64,000 nt of DNA from a virus, in the IMG/VR virus record IMGVR_UViG_3300045988_159421; one strand, given 5' to 3'. The notes beneath the pieces are model-generated. The model searched no databases, was not told the DNA's origin, and saw only the letters and a list, made by a program, of their open reading frames with translations. Numbering within the stretch: the first letter of the stretch is position 1; each line of letters opens with the position of its first letter. Below are positions 46,480-56,189 of the stretch, one piece after another. Both the position numbers and the translations under genes were made by a program.

Positions 46480-46659
46480 TTATTTGACTTTTTGAGTAAA
46501 CTTATTTGATTCTTTTAACATTTCTTTTCTAAGAATGTATTTTATATAATTACTCTTATTACCATATTCTGCAAATTTGTCTTCTAGCCAAGATAACAAA
46601 AGTTTATCATCCATGTTATTTTTAAAACTCAATTGGATTACGGTTTTATTATTTTTCAT
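46480..46659 (-). CDS. Small RHH/Arc-like protein (59 aa; tentative)
   Basis: Hand-translated MKNNKTVIQLSFKNNMDDKLLLSWLEDKFAEYGNKSNYIKYILRKEM. Confidence 0.4.
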   Translation of the reverse strand: MKNNKTVIQLSFKNNMDDKLLLSWLEDKFAEYGNKSNYIKYILRKEMLKESNKFTQKVK

Positions 46660-46728
46660 AATCTCAACCTCCTTTTACTTAATTCTATGCAAAAGTATGG
46701 AAAAGATTACACTTTTATAATTTTTTAA

Positions 46729-46759
46729 TAAAAAAGAGCAGCTAATTAATAACTGCTCT
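46729..46759 (-). terminator. Terminator after the tail fibre gene
   Basis: AGAGCAG-loop-CTGCTCT plus a T run on the minus strand. Confidence 0.65.
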
Positions 46760-46766
46760 ATGATCT

Positions 46767-46799
46767 TACTTGGTATTTACTTGGTATTTACTTGGTAAA
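46767..46799. repeat. Three tandem 11-bp repeats, TACTTGGTATT
   Basis: Units at 46767, 46778 and 46789 (last one a variant), between the fibre stop and its terminator. Confidence 0.8.
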
Positions 46800-46827
46800 T
46801 TAGTACACAATATTTTTAAATTGCGAA

Positions 46828-49425
46828 CTAAGTTGTTGTATATCCAAAATCTTTAGTTAATATAGATTCTATATCTTCTCTACTATTCAAATAAACAGCT
46901 GTTTCAAGATTTGTTAAGAATGAAATCACATTATTTTTATTAGTTTCATAGGCCATAACTCCATTATCGCTTATACGAAGTCCATATATATCATATAAAG
47001 AACCTGCATTAGTACCTGAGCCACCTTGACCAACTATTGTTCCATCTATCCATAAATAATAACCAGTACTATCATGTCCAATAACGATTATATCAGGAAT
47101 AGTAGCAGAAGAATAAACATTAATAGAGCCATATCTTATTTGTATAGTAGAATCAGATGTTTTATAAAAAATATTAGGTGCATTATTATCATTTGTAGTA
47201 TCATTTAATTTTACCCTACAAAGATTATTGCACACTTTTGGATTATATCCTTTTACAACAAATAACCATGTATTAGCTTTAGGAATTGCTATATTTGTGT
47301 TATTAGGCATTATAGACATTACAGGTAAATTACTTGATGATGATATTTTTAAATTAATATTTCCAACTTCACCCAATGTTCCTATATTTTGAATTTCATA
47401 TGTTCCGTCAGTTTTATCATTACTCCAATTATTAAATCTTTCATTTATTTTTGAAATTGCAGTAGATAAATCGTATTTTAAAGCAGGTTCATTTTGAGCA
47501 ACTACAGTAACAGAAATAGAATCTGTTTTTGTTCCACAAGTTACAATTATATTACAAGTTCCTGCTCCTTTTGCAGTTATTTTGCCTGTATTATCCACAA
47601 CAGCAACATCATTATTACTTGAATTATAAGAAATCGTATCAGTTGTAAATTTAGGGTATTTATAAGAAGTTAATGTATTCTCATCACCTGTATTTAAATT
47701 TAAATTACTTGTTGTTATTAAAACTTTAGAACAAGGAATATTTTTATTTGTGTTATTTACAATTAAATCATAACTAGCTGTTTTATTCCCGTTTCTAGCA
47801 GTTATAGTTGTATTACCTTCTGCTATTGTAGTTACATAACCTTGCACTACTTTTGCAACATTAAGATTACTAGATTCCCAAGTACACGCTTTATTTGAAA
47901 CATTAGAAGGTGTAAAAGTTTTGTCTAAAAAAATTTCTGCATTAGTTGGGAATATTAACGAAGTATTTTTTGCCCACATTTGAGGGTGTATTTCAAAACT
48001 TGTACATTCTATATTTTCATCTTCATATACTTTAAAATTCTTAACTTCAAAATCATAAGAATTATTAGTATCAGAAGAATTATGACAAGAACCATCTATA
48101 TAAAACGCTTGTGGTTTTAAAAACGGTTTATAATCACACATGTAATTATTATTTACAACACATTCTGAAAAATCTTTCTCAGCAATAAAAGTATCATCTA
48201 TCCAGCTTTTTACAATTCCATTAGATAATTGAAATTTAAATTTATGCCATTGGTTTGGAGTAAAAGTTGTACTAACACCTTCTATAGATAATGAGTTATC
48301 AGGATAACCACTTTCAGTTCCTCCACCCCAATGTGCAGTAGGTGTTTTAAAATAATTTGGGTTATCTGAATATCCACCTGCTTGCTCAAATACATCTATT
48401 TCTCCACTTGCTGGCCATTTTACACCAACAGAATAATATTGATCAGTCCAAATTGTACCAGTTCCATAAGTTATAACATTTTGCCAACTTCCTGCTGTTC
48501 CGCTAAATTTTGCTTCAAATTCACAAATAAAATTATCTGTTTCAAATAAACCAACAGTACTCATCATTTGCTTTAACCATCTTGAATTTGCACTATCATA
48601 TGTAGATGTTAAATGAAGTGTATTATTTTCACATCGAATGTTTGATAGTGCATCATAAATAGAATTACCATAAATTCTATTTTCCCAAGTGTTAAATTGA
48701 CTTGATAATGGAGTAGAACCACTAAAATCTGCATTAAAAATTTCAACGCCATTTTGATTAATAGTAGTTACAGTTATTATTATATCTCCAGTAACATTTG
48801 GGATAGATATAACCCCATTACTATATACAGTACTTGTTATATTTACACCACCCATTACTACGATAACATTAGATAATTTATATCCATTATTAGCACTTAT
48901 ATTAGCATCATAACTAGAATTATCGTTTATTTCTAATGCTGTATTATTATTTGTTGCATTAGAAAGGTTATTAGTTACTGTGTGTTTAACTATAGTTGCA
49001 ATTATATCTCCATCAGAATTGGTGGATAGTTTATATTTTGTATTATTTACAGTTATTATTTTTCCTTCTATATTTATTTCACTACTAATTTTACCTATAT
49101 TAGTTGCCATAGTCTGAAATGTATCTGTAGCTAATGTGTTTACACCTTTGTCAGTAATAGCATTAGCTACAGATATTTTTCCATTACTGACATCTTGAAA
49201 AAGTTCCACTATCGCCCCTTTTACAGTTTTATCTGTTGTAGGTAATTCTATATCGGTCCCGTCCTCGTTCTTTCCTAAATCGTTTGCAATATCTTTAAAT
49301 TGCGAATTAAGTGTTTCTATATCTTCACGAGCTTTACTATCTTTAAAATATGCTATTTTGCCTGTATCTTCATCTTGAACTTTTGATATATATTCAGTTT
49401 GAACTTTTGATATATATTCAGTCAT
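46828..49425 (-). CDS. Tail fibre / receptor-binding protein with a GH16/ConA-like domain and Big_2 repeats
   Basis: WPASGEIDVFEQ (GH16 ExDxxE-type motif). Two Ig-like segments (VAKVVQGYVTTIAEGNTTITA, VAVVDNTGKITAKGAGTCNIIV). N-terminal TEYISKVQ duplication. Confidence 0.55.
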   Translation of the reverse strand: MTEYISKVQTEYISKVQDEDTGKIAYFKDSKAREDIETLNSQFKDIANDLGKNEDGTDIELPTTDKTVKGAIVELFQDVSNGKISVANAITDKGVNTLATDTFQTMATNIGKISSEINIEGKIITVNNTKYKLSTNSDGDIIATIVKHTVTNNLSNATNNNTALEINDNSSYDANISANNGYKLSNVIVVMGGVNITSTVYSNGVISIPNVTGDIIITVTTINQNGVEIFNADFSGSTPLSSQFNTWENRIYGNSIYDALSNIRCENNTLHLTSTYDSANSRWLKQMMSTVGLFETDNFICEFEAKFSGTAGSWQNVITYGTGTIWTDQYYSVGVKWPASGEIDVFEQAGGYSDNPNYFKTPTAHWGGGTESGYPDNSLSIEGVSTTFTPNQWHKFKFQLSNGIVKSWIDDTFIAEKDFSECVVNNNYMCDYKPFLKPQAFYIDGSCHNSSDTNNSYDFEVKNFKVYEDENIECTSFEIHPQMWAKNTSLIFPTNAEIFLDKTFTPSNVSNKACTWESSNLNVAKVVQGYVTTIAEGNTTITARNGNKTASYDLIVNNTNKNIPCSKVLITTSNLNLNTGDENTLTSYKYPKFTTDTISYNSSNNDVAVVDNTGKITAKGAGTCNIIVTCGTKTDSISVTVVAQNEPALKYDLSTAISKINERFNNWSNDKTDGTYEIQNIGTLGEVGNINLKISSSSNLPVMSIMPNNTNIAIPKANTWLFVVKGYNPKVCNNLCRVKLNDTTNDNNAPNIFYKTSDSTIQIRYGSINVYSSATIPDIIVIGHDSTGYYLWIDGTIVGQGGSGTNAGSLYDIYGLRISDNGVMAYETNKNNVISFLTNLETAVYLNSREDIESILTKDFGYTTT

Positions 49426-49442
49426 TTAAATCCACCTCCTGT

Positions 49443-49979
49443 TTATATGGTTGCAGTTTCAGTAGTTGTATTTAATTTTATACTACTGAAAGTCATAGTT
49501 TCTGTAGCTGTATTTAATTTAACTGAACTTTGCTGAATTGGTTCTTCTGTTAAATCTTTCATACAACTTGCCTTTACCCTATATTGAAAAATATCACTTG
49601 TGGCTTTTTTACTCACTCCATTTTCTGTAAATGCATCTAATAATTCACCTATACAATCACCTGATTGATTTGTAAATTTAGAAGGCAAATCAAATCTAAA
49701 TATAGCTACATCATCATCTTCTCCAGTTTGCAAGACTCCTACTTTATCTACTTTTTCGTGTGTTTTAGGTTTTTTGACTGTTAAGGTAAGATTATGATTA
49801 GTAGCTTCTGAAACCCTTAAAAAAGAAAGTAAGCCTTCTGAATTTGTAGCTTGCAATTTAATAAATAAAGTTGATATATTTTCATCTGAATTATAAAAAC
49901 AAATATACCCATTTTCGTTTGTTACTTTAGAATTTTCTAAATTGTAATTTAACGTAAAATCTCTTAAAATTTCATTCAT
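49443..49979 (-). CDS. Baseplate/BppU-like structural protein (tentative)
   Basis: Position between tail proteins. Beta-rich sequence. Confidence 0.35.
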   Translation of the reverse strand: MNEILRDFTLNYNLENSKVTNENGYICFYNSDENISTLFIKLQATNSEGLLSFLRVSEATNHNLTLTVKKPKTHEKVDKVGVLQTGEDDDVAIFRFDLPSKFTNQSGDCIGELLDAFTENGVSKKATSDIFQYRVKASCMKDLTEEPIQQSSVKLNTATETMTFSSIKLNTTTETATI

Positions 49980-49989
49980 ATAATACCTC

Positions 49990-51852
49990 CTAATCTGTAT
50001 AAGTTACTGTAGCCTTCATAACTCCTGTGCATTTCATATAATGATCTTTATCGAAATTATGTTTAAGTCCAAATCCCTTCATTGTTCCACTTTTTATTGC
50101 ATTCAGCACTGCACTGTCTGTTATTGTAACTGTTGTTGTTTCATTCATTGTAAGATTAGCAGTTTTGCTCCAACTTAAATAAGTAGGCTCACCACTTGGC
50201 CTACTTGAATGATTATGCATAACTATTTTAGCTTCATTATTAGAAGAACTACCTCCACTTGTACGTTCTATTTTTAGAACAACTTTTGTTATAGTCTTGC
50301 CTTGCAATTTACTGAAATCACTACCAAAGAACCAACAGCCAACACTATTAGAGGTCCATTTTCCTTGTATAACTAGGTTATCTTGTGCCCAGTCACTCCA
50401 AGTATAACGATATGTATCTCCATAGTCAGAAGTGAATGTAACTGACTTGCTTGTTGTAGTTCCTGTATTAGTATTAGTTCCAGTTTCAGTCGTAATGCTA
50501 TCTACGGTAACTTTGTTACTATCTTGTATTATTTGTGATGAATTATCGTGAACTAGTTGCCCGCTAGGAATAGAACCATCTTGAATGCATATTGTAGCAC
50601 CATATATAGCTCTAGCAGCATAATTATTTGTTTTCCCATAATTCTTGTACATAATAACTTTGCTGCCTCTAGCTTGCACTCCGTTTTGACTGCCTATTAC
50701 TTTGCAGTTTTGCATTAACAATGTTGTTCCGTGTTCTGCACCGATGGCATAATAACTATTTGATGTTGTTTGACCATAGACATCTATGCTTCTAAGTGTA
50801 ACAAAATTGCAATTCGAGAAATACATTCCGTAATAATATGTGTTACTACCTACCATAGATGCTGGCATTACAGAAGGTCTTTGACTATCTACTCCATCTG
50901 GAATACCAGTAACAGTAGTAGCTCCATATATGAATAGTTTTGCTGTACAATTATATCCAGCTATATGACCGTTATAATTTTTCATGTTCATGTATAGATA
51001 TATATCACCATTAGAAAATCCCTTTAGATTCAAGTTTTCGTTACATTCTTTGTCTAAAGTAATATAGATGCTATTACCATTAAGATTTCGTGGTAAAGCA
51101 TCTAAAAAACCTTGCGCAGTATAAAATTTTGCACTACTAATAACAGCAGATGCATCATCACCATCTGTTGCTATAGTTACAGATATATCATTTGTAAGTG
51201 AATTAATAATATCTTTACTAACAATTTTTCTAACAATAAGAGTATCAGCGGTCATATTACCTTGTGCATTAACTGCTCCATTGAAATTACCATTATTAGC
51301 AGTCATATTTCCACTTTCATCTATAGAAAATCCACCATTTGCTGATACATAACCTTCTAACTTGATATTTTTAGCTTTTAACAGAATTTCAGATGAAGAT
51401 AATAATTCTATAAACTCAGGTGCTATAGTTATGCTGCTTTCTTCATCATCAGAATCAAGTCCTTTTGCAATAAGGCTTAACTTTTGTACAAGTAAAGTCA
51501 ACATCGGTATGCTTTGCATATCAATTAATATTCTTCCATCTTCGCCTAAATAAAAAGTATTTTTTTCGCCATTATTAGTGAGTATATTCATAACACTATT
51601 TAAATCAGCATCTAATTTTTTATATCCGACTTCTTCTAGTTGATCATTTAAATTACTTTCCTTTTCATTTTCCAATATTTTTTTTATTTGATTATAATTT
51701 TCTGAATAAGTAGCATGAGCTTTTTCCAAGTCATACTTATCATCTTGTGTTATTTCTCTATTTGTTATTACTTTTTCAAGCAAATTTACCAATTCATCAT
51801 AACTAGAGGAGAAATTATCATGTTCTCTAGTTATAGTCTCTATATTGCTCAT
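49990..51852 (-). CDS. Tail/baseplate structural protein with a beta-helix-like centre
   Basis: Position, Gly/Asn/Thr-rich repeats and an N-terminal coiled coil. Confidence 0.4.
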   Translation of the reverse strand: MSNIETITREHDNFSSSYDELVNLLEKVITNREITQDDKYDLEKAHATYSENYNQIKKILENEKESNLNDQLEEVGYKKLDADLNSVMNILTNNGEKNTFYLGEDGRILIDMQSIPMLTLLVQKLSLIAKGLDSDDEESSITIAPEFIELLSSSEILLKAKNIKLEGYVSANGGFSIDESGNMTANNGNFNGAVNAQGNMTADTLIVRKIVSKDIINSLTNDISVTIATDGDDASAVISSAKFYTAQGFLDALPRNLNGNSIYITLDKECNENLNLKGFSNGDIYLYMNMKNYNGHIAGYNCTAKLFIYGATTVTGIPDGVDSQRPSVMPASMVGSNTYYYGMYFSNCNFVTLRSIDVYGQTTSNSYYAIGAEHGTTLLMQNCKVIGSQNGVQARGSKVIMYKNYGKTNNYAARAIYGATICIQDGSIPSGQLVHDNSSQIIQDSNKVTVDSITTETGTNTNTGTTTSKSVTFTSDYGDTYRYTWSDWAQDNLVIQGKWTSNSVGCWFFGSDFSKLQGKTITKVVLKIERTSGGSSSNNEAKIVMHNHSSRPSGEPTYLSWSKTANLTMNETTTVTITDSAVLNAIKSGTMKGFGLKHNFDKDHYMKCTGVMKATVTYTD

Positions 51853-51863
51853 AATAATCCCTC

Positions 51864-54800
51864 CTATGATTTTTTAGGTCTAGCTACAAATAAAACTTTA
51901 TCTGGAGTATTCTTTGTTAGAGCTATTATTCTTACCCCATTATCACATTTTGTACTTTCAATACAACTCATTACTCCGTTTACTTCTCCTACACATATAG
52001 CTACGTGTGAAATTTGCATATATCTTGTAGTTGTAAGTTTATCTCTATCGTAGAATATCAAATCTCCTTCTTTTAAATTTAAGAAGTTTGTTGTGTCTGC
52101 ATCATGTAAAACCCATCCATGTTCAACACAATATCTTGCTTGATCTGCAGATAGTCTCGGTAAAGTTATCGCCCAACTATATGCAGTATTTCTTTTTACT
52201 TTTGTCATTTTATTATTTTTGTAAGGAGTTTTATCGTATTTCAATCCCATAAATGTATACATTGATAAAGTACTACAGTCTATTTGATATTTTTTTCTTT
52301 CTGAATCATACCATCTGCTTAAATTTGCAGATGGATTTTTAAATGATGCAGGAGTGGATGTAGCTGTTGTTGATTTCCAACCAGAATATTCTAGTTCTGA
52401 ATGATTTAAAAATGTTTTTGCTATTTCAACTACTTTTTTGCCTCCAATGAAATCTTTTTCCTTTGTCGTTGTTGTTCCTGCTACTTCTTTATAAGCTGAA
52501 GCATAATATTTATAATCAATGTCACTGTTTACATTTTTCATTATTATTAATTTATAAGTAGTATTTGATTTGGGTAATAATTGTCCAGATTTGCAATCAT
52601 CACCTTCGATATAACAAATTTTACTTTGTGAATATTTAAAATCATCTGTTGTTGTAAATTTTATTCTTGCATAAAAATTTTCTGCAACTTTAGAAGGCAA
52701 TTTAAATGTAAGTCCATTTATAAGTTCGTAATCAGTCATTTGTGTAGCTTTTAACACTACATTTATTGTTTTACCTTCGTTTCCTGAAGGCTTATCATCA
52801 TCGTCACCACCACTAGTATCTCCCTCACTACTATCATCTTTCTTTTTATATCCGATAGGAGTAGCCAGTAATTTTTCTTTTATTGCATTATAAAAAACAC
52901 CAATACTGGAATCATCTTTAAATGTATAACCATCATTAGTGTAATTAGGATTTAATAAATTCGTATAAGTTTCTAATTTGCTAGATATATCTAATAAAAA
53001 TACATCGTCTTCATTTTCACAGAATGATTGTAGTTCCGTATTAAATGAATCGATATCGCTATTTACATTTTCATAATCTGTATAGACAGTTCCAACATGT
53101 AATTCTTTTAAAATAAAGATTGGTGTATTTCTATATTTCATTTTTAATATATTTGCAAGAGTTTTAATGCCAGATATACCTTTTTCTGTTAAGTTGTTTA
53201 TCCCAAAGTGTATTAATACATAAGGAGTTGAACTGGGATAAACTTTTTCATCATTTTCATAAAAACCTTCTACTGTAGTTACTAAATTATTATTATCGTC
53301 ATAAAAATCATATGCATTTGCCTTTCTAACCGCTTTTATGTACACTTCATTCATATCTGTCTTGTCGATCACAGGAGTGTCCTCTACATTATTGTTATCG
53401 GCTTCAACTAAATCGTAAGGTCTTAAACAAAATCCGTATTTATAGATATCATTGTATACTGGCATATACCTTATAGCCTTTGGCCAATAATCCCACTTTC
53501 TAGCATGAGCTACCATATGTGTTCCGTTTTCTTTACCGCAGTAAATTAACGTATGATGAGTAAAGTTCTTTGCTATTGCCTTAGCTCTGGTTAATGTAGT
53601 GGGACATTCTTTGTTGCACATCATTATAATATCCCCTGGTAACATATCCTCTATCGTAGTTTTTGTAATTTTAAACATTTTGTAACCACTTTTTCTAGTA
53701 GCATAGTCAACAAGTGAGCCATAAGCACAATATGAATCATCATGAAATATACTTTTTAATCCAGCTTCACCATAGCAAGAAGTGACAAGACTAGAACAGT
53801 CATAGCATATTGGATTTTGTAATCCATAAAACTTACCAGGATGTTTTCGAGGCTTTTTAAAATTCCATGTTCTATATTGTTGGTCATAAGTAGCTAATTT
53901 ATCTGTATGTTGTTGTACTATAGCTTTTGCAGTATCAACTATAATTTGTCTTATATCAGATGCACTTGCTTGGCCTTTTGCTTTTGGAGTAGATGTGCCA
54001 ACTCCATAGCCTAGCTTGTTTCCTTGAGCATCTAAATAGTAAGGTAATTGGCCATTTACAACTTTATACCAGCATAAATACAACTCTACATTATTTGGTG
54101 TTCCTAATCCCTTTTGGTCTTTTAATTTTTGTCTATAAGCTGCAAAGTCAAATTTTAAGCTATCTAATTCCTCGTAAACTTTTAATTTTGTCTGATTGGA
54201 TTGAGAACTCAAATAATAAGAATCAACAAATGTATATCCGTATTTATCGCACACATACTTACTCACTATCCAGTTTAATGAACCTTGTCCCATATTGTTA
54301 GCTACTAATCCACCAAATATATTTCCGTGCGCATAATCAATAGATTGACGTAGTTCCCAGCACCCAAATCTTATTTGATTTAAGATGTTTTTGTCGACTG
54401 TTATTCCATTAACTGTAGTAGTTCCACCTACCCCTGGTTTCATAGTATTATAAGAAGGTAGAAATTTATAAGTACTACCATCAAGATATTTTATATTTTG
54501 TGTTTTGTTCCCCCACTCTTTGAAGTATGTACTTCTTTCACATTGCATTAGTCCGTAACCGCCATTACTACCTGTAGTACTATAAGGGTCACCTCTAGAT
54601 TCTCCCATTATGACTGCATACACTAGGTTTGGATCTAATCCAAATTTTCTAGCATAATGTTCAACTATAAGATATAGTTTATATTTATTTCCTGTAGATG
54701 ATAGCTCATTGAGATTCGCTTTATTTTGATATTTACCTATGTCATATTTCTCATATAATGCTAATGCTTCTGCATATATATCATTAGTTTTATCAGTAGT

Positions 54801-56189
54801 AGATACTGTCTTAGAAGTCTTTACTTGATAAAATCTATCATCTCCAAGCCATACTCCATTTTTATAAGTGTCAATATAGACAGGGTCGCCATCACCTTCA
54901 TCGGGAGGGTCTGGTTTTGGATTTATAATACTACTAATTTCATCGAATATTTTATCTATCTCTTCTTTTTCTAGACCCATTTTTTCAAGATATTCTCTTA
55001 TTTTAGAAATGTCTTCATCTGTTAAAGAACCTACTCCTATATTACCTAAAAATTCCAGAACATCTTTTAGTAGATCATCTTTATTTAGACTTTTTATTTT
55101 ACTTTTTACTTCTTTATAATTTGCTAATGTACATTTACTTTTATTTTCCCAATCTGTAAAAGATAGTTCTAACTCTGTTACCCTAGCTTGTAAACGTAAA
55201 GAAGGTATATAATCATCGTCTATTACATATACAGTATCACCTATATCAACATCATCAGAAAGTAATAATATACTTGTCTCATAATCAAGTTGAGGTTCTT
55301 TTCTTCGTTGAAGTTCTTTCCATGTTTCATTAAGTAAGTCAGATGCATTACTAGCATCACATTCATACACTCCTGTTATATAACTTCCATCATCATTATG
55401 AAAATATATGTGCGCATCTTCATCTGCTATAAAATCTTGATTTAAAGGTTTATCAGTATAGTTTCCATTAGCTTTTAACCATTCTACATTTTTAAAATTA
55501 ATTCCATTTTGACCATATCCAACTAATGCACTACAAAACTCTGTTAAATCTTCATTTTTCTTAACATCATCTAAATTTCTTGAATATTCAAATCTTGCAT
55601 TTGTGATTTGTCCTCGTTGCTTATATACGTTTATATACTGTTTATAAACTTTGTTATTTTTTATGTCTACAGTAAATTCAATTTCAATGTCATAAGTTTC
55701 TAAATTATCTTGGATTACTGTATAAATTGGAGTCGGTTTTTCAACCTTAACACTTTTAAAAGTCGTAATAGAAGGGTCTACATAACCTAATTCAAATGTA
55801 GAATCCTGTAAAAGTAAATGAAAGAATGTAGTAACATCGCCCTGTAATGTACTTTCTCTTACAATTTTATTTAAAAGTTCTAATCCTGCTGTTTCGCAAT
55901 AGCATTTTTTTATAACTGCACCATTCGTATGTTGACTAGATGTATTCATTATTTGAAATAATTTATATTTATTTCTATATGAAAAAACAATAAAATTTCC
56001 CTTTTGTACACCTGTTGTTCTTTCATTTGCTATTGTAGAAAATTCAAAACTTTCAGCTCCAGTATTTAAATAAAGTTTAAAAGCATCATCAAAAAAAGGA
56101 CTGCTTGGATTAGTCCCGTTATTTGATAATACATCTATTATTTTTTTTCTTCTGTTTAAAATGTATATCTCAGTTACTAATTCTTGCAA
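51864..56189 (-). CDS. Tail-associated lysin (Tal): tail endopeptidase N-terminus, SLT lytic transglycosylase, two NlpC/P60 domains, SGNH-like domain
   Basis: GESRGDP...GYGLMQ (SLT). YDCSSLVTSCY and IDCSTLSMYTF (NlpC/P60 Cys). 1441 aa, directly after Dit. Confidence 0.7.
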   Translation of the reverse strand: MQELVTEIYILNRRKKIIDVLSNNGTNPSSPFFDDAFKLYLNTGAESFEFSTIANERTTGVQKGNFIVFSYRNKYKLFQIMNTSSQHTNGAVIKKCYCETAGLELLNKIVRESTLQGDVTTFFHLLLQDSTFELGYVDPSITTFKSVKVEKPTPIYTVIQDNLETYDIEIEFTVDIKNNKVYKQYINVYKQRGQITNARFEYSRNLDDVKKNEDLTEFCSALVGYGQNGINFKNVEWLKANGNYTDKPLNQDFIADEDAHIYFHNDDGSYITGVYECDASNASDLLNETWKELQRRKEPQLDYETSILLLSDDVDIGDTVYVIDDDYIPSLRLQARVTELELSFTDWENKSKCTLANYKEVKSKIKSLNKDDLLKDVLEFLGNIGVGSLTDEDISKIREYLEKMGLEKEEIDKIFDEISSIINPKPDPPDEGDGDPVYIDTYKNGVWLGDDRFYQVKTSKTVSTTDKTNDIYAEALALYEKYDIGKYQNKANLNELSSTGNKYKLYLIVEHYARKFGLDPNLVYAVIMGESRGDPYSTTGSNGGYGLMQCERSTYFKEWGNKTQNIKYLDGSTYKFLPSYNTMKPGVGGTTTVNGITVDKNILNQIRFGCWELRQSIDYAHGNIFGGLVANNMGQGSLNWIVSKYVCDKYGYTFVDSYYLSSQSNQTKLKVYEELDSLKFDFAAYRQKLKDQKGLGTPNNVELYLCWYKVVNGQLPYYLDAQGNKLGYGVGTSTPKAKGQASASDIRQIIVDTAKAIVQQHTDKLATYDQQYRTWNFKKPRKHPGKFYGLQNPICYDCSSLVTSCYGEAGLKSIFHDDSYCAYGSLVDYATRKSGYKMFKITKTTIEDMLPGDIIMMCNKECPTTLTRAKAIAKNFTHHTLIYCGKENGTHMVAHARKWDYWPKAIRYMPVYNDIYKYGFCLRPYDLVEADNNNVEDTPVIDKTDMNEVYIKAVRKANAYDFYDDNNNLVTTVEGFYENDEKVYPSSTPYVLIHFGINNLTEKGISGIKTLANILKMKYRNTPIFILKELHVGTVYTDYENVNSDIDSFNTELQSFCENEDDVFLLDISSKLETYTNLLNPNYTNDGYTFKDDSSIGVFYNAIKEKLLATPIGYKKKDDSSEGDTSGGDDDDKPSGNEGKTINVVLKATQMTDYELINGLTFKLPSKVAENFYARIKFTTTDDFKYSQSKICYIEGDDCKSGQLLPKSNTTYKLIIMKNVNSDIDYKYYASAYKEVAGTTTTKEKDFIGGKKVVEIAKTFLNHSELEYSGWKSTTATSTPASFKNPSANLSRWYDSERKKYQIDCSTLSMYTFMGLKYDKTPYKNNKMTKVKRNTAYSWAITLPRLSADQARYCVEHGWVLHDADTTNFLNLKEGDLIFYDRDKLTTTRYMQISHVAICVGEVNGVMSCIESTKCDNGVRIIALTKNTPDKVLFVARPKKS

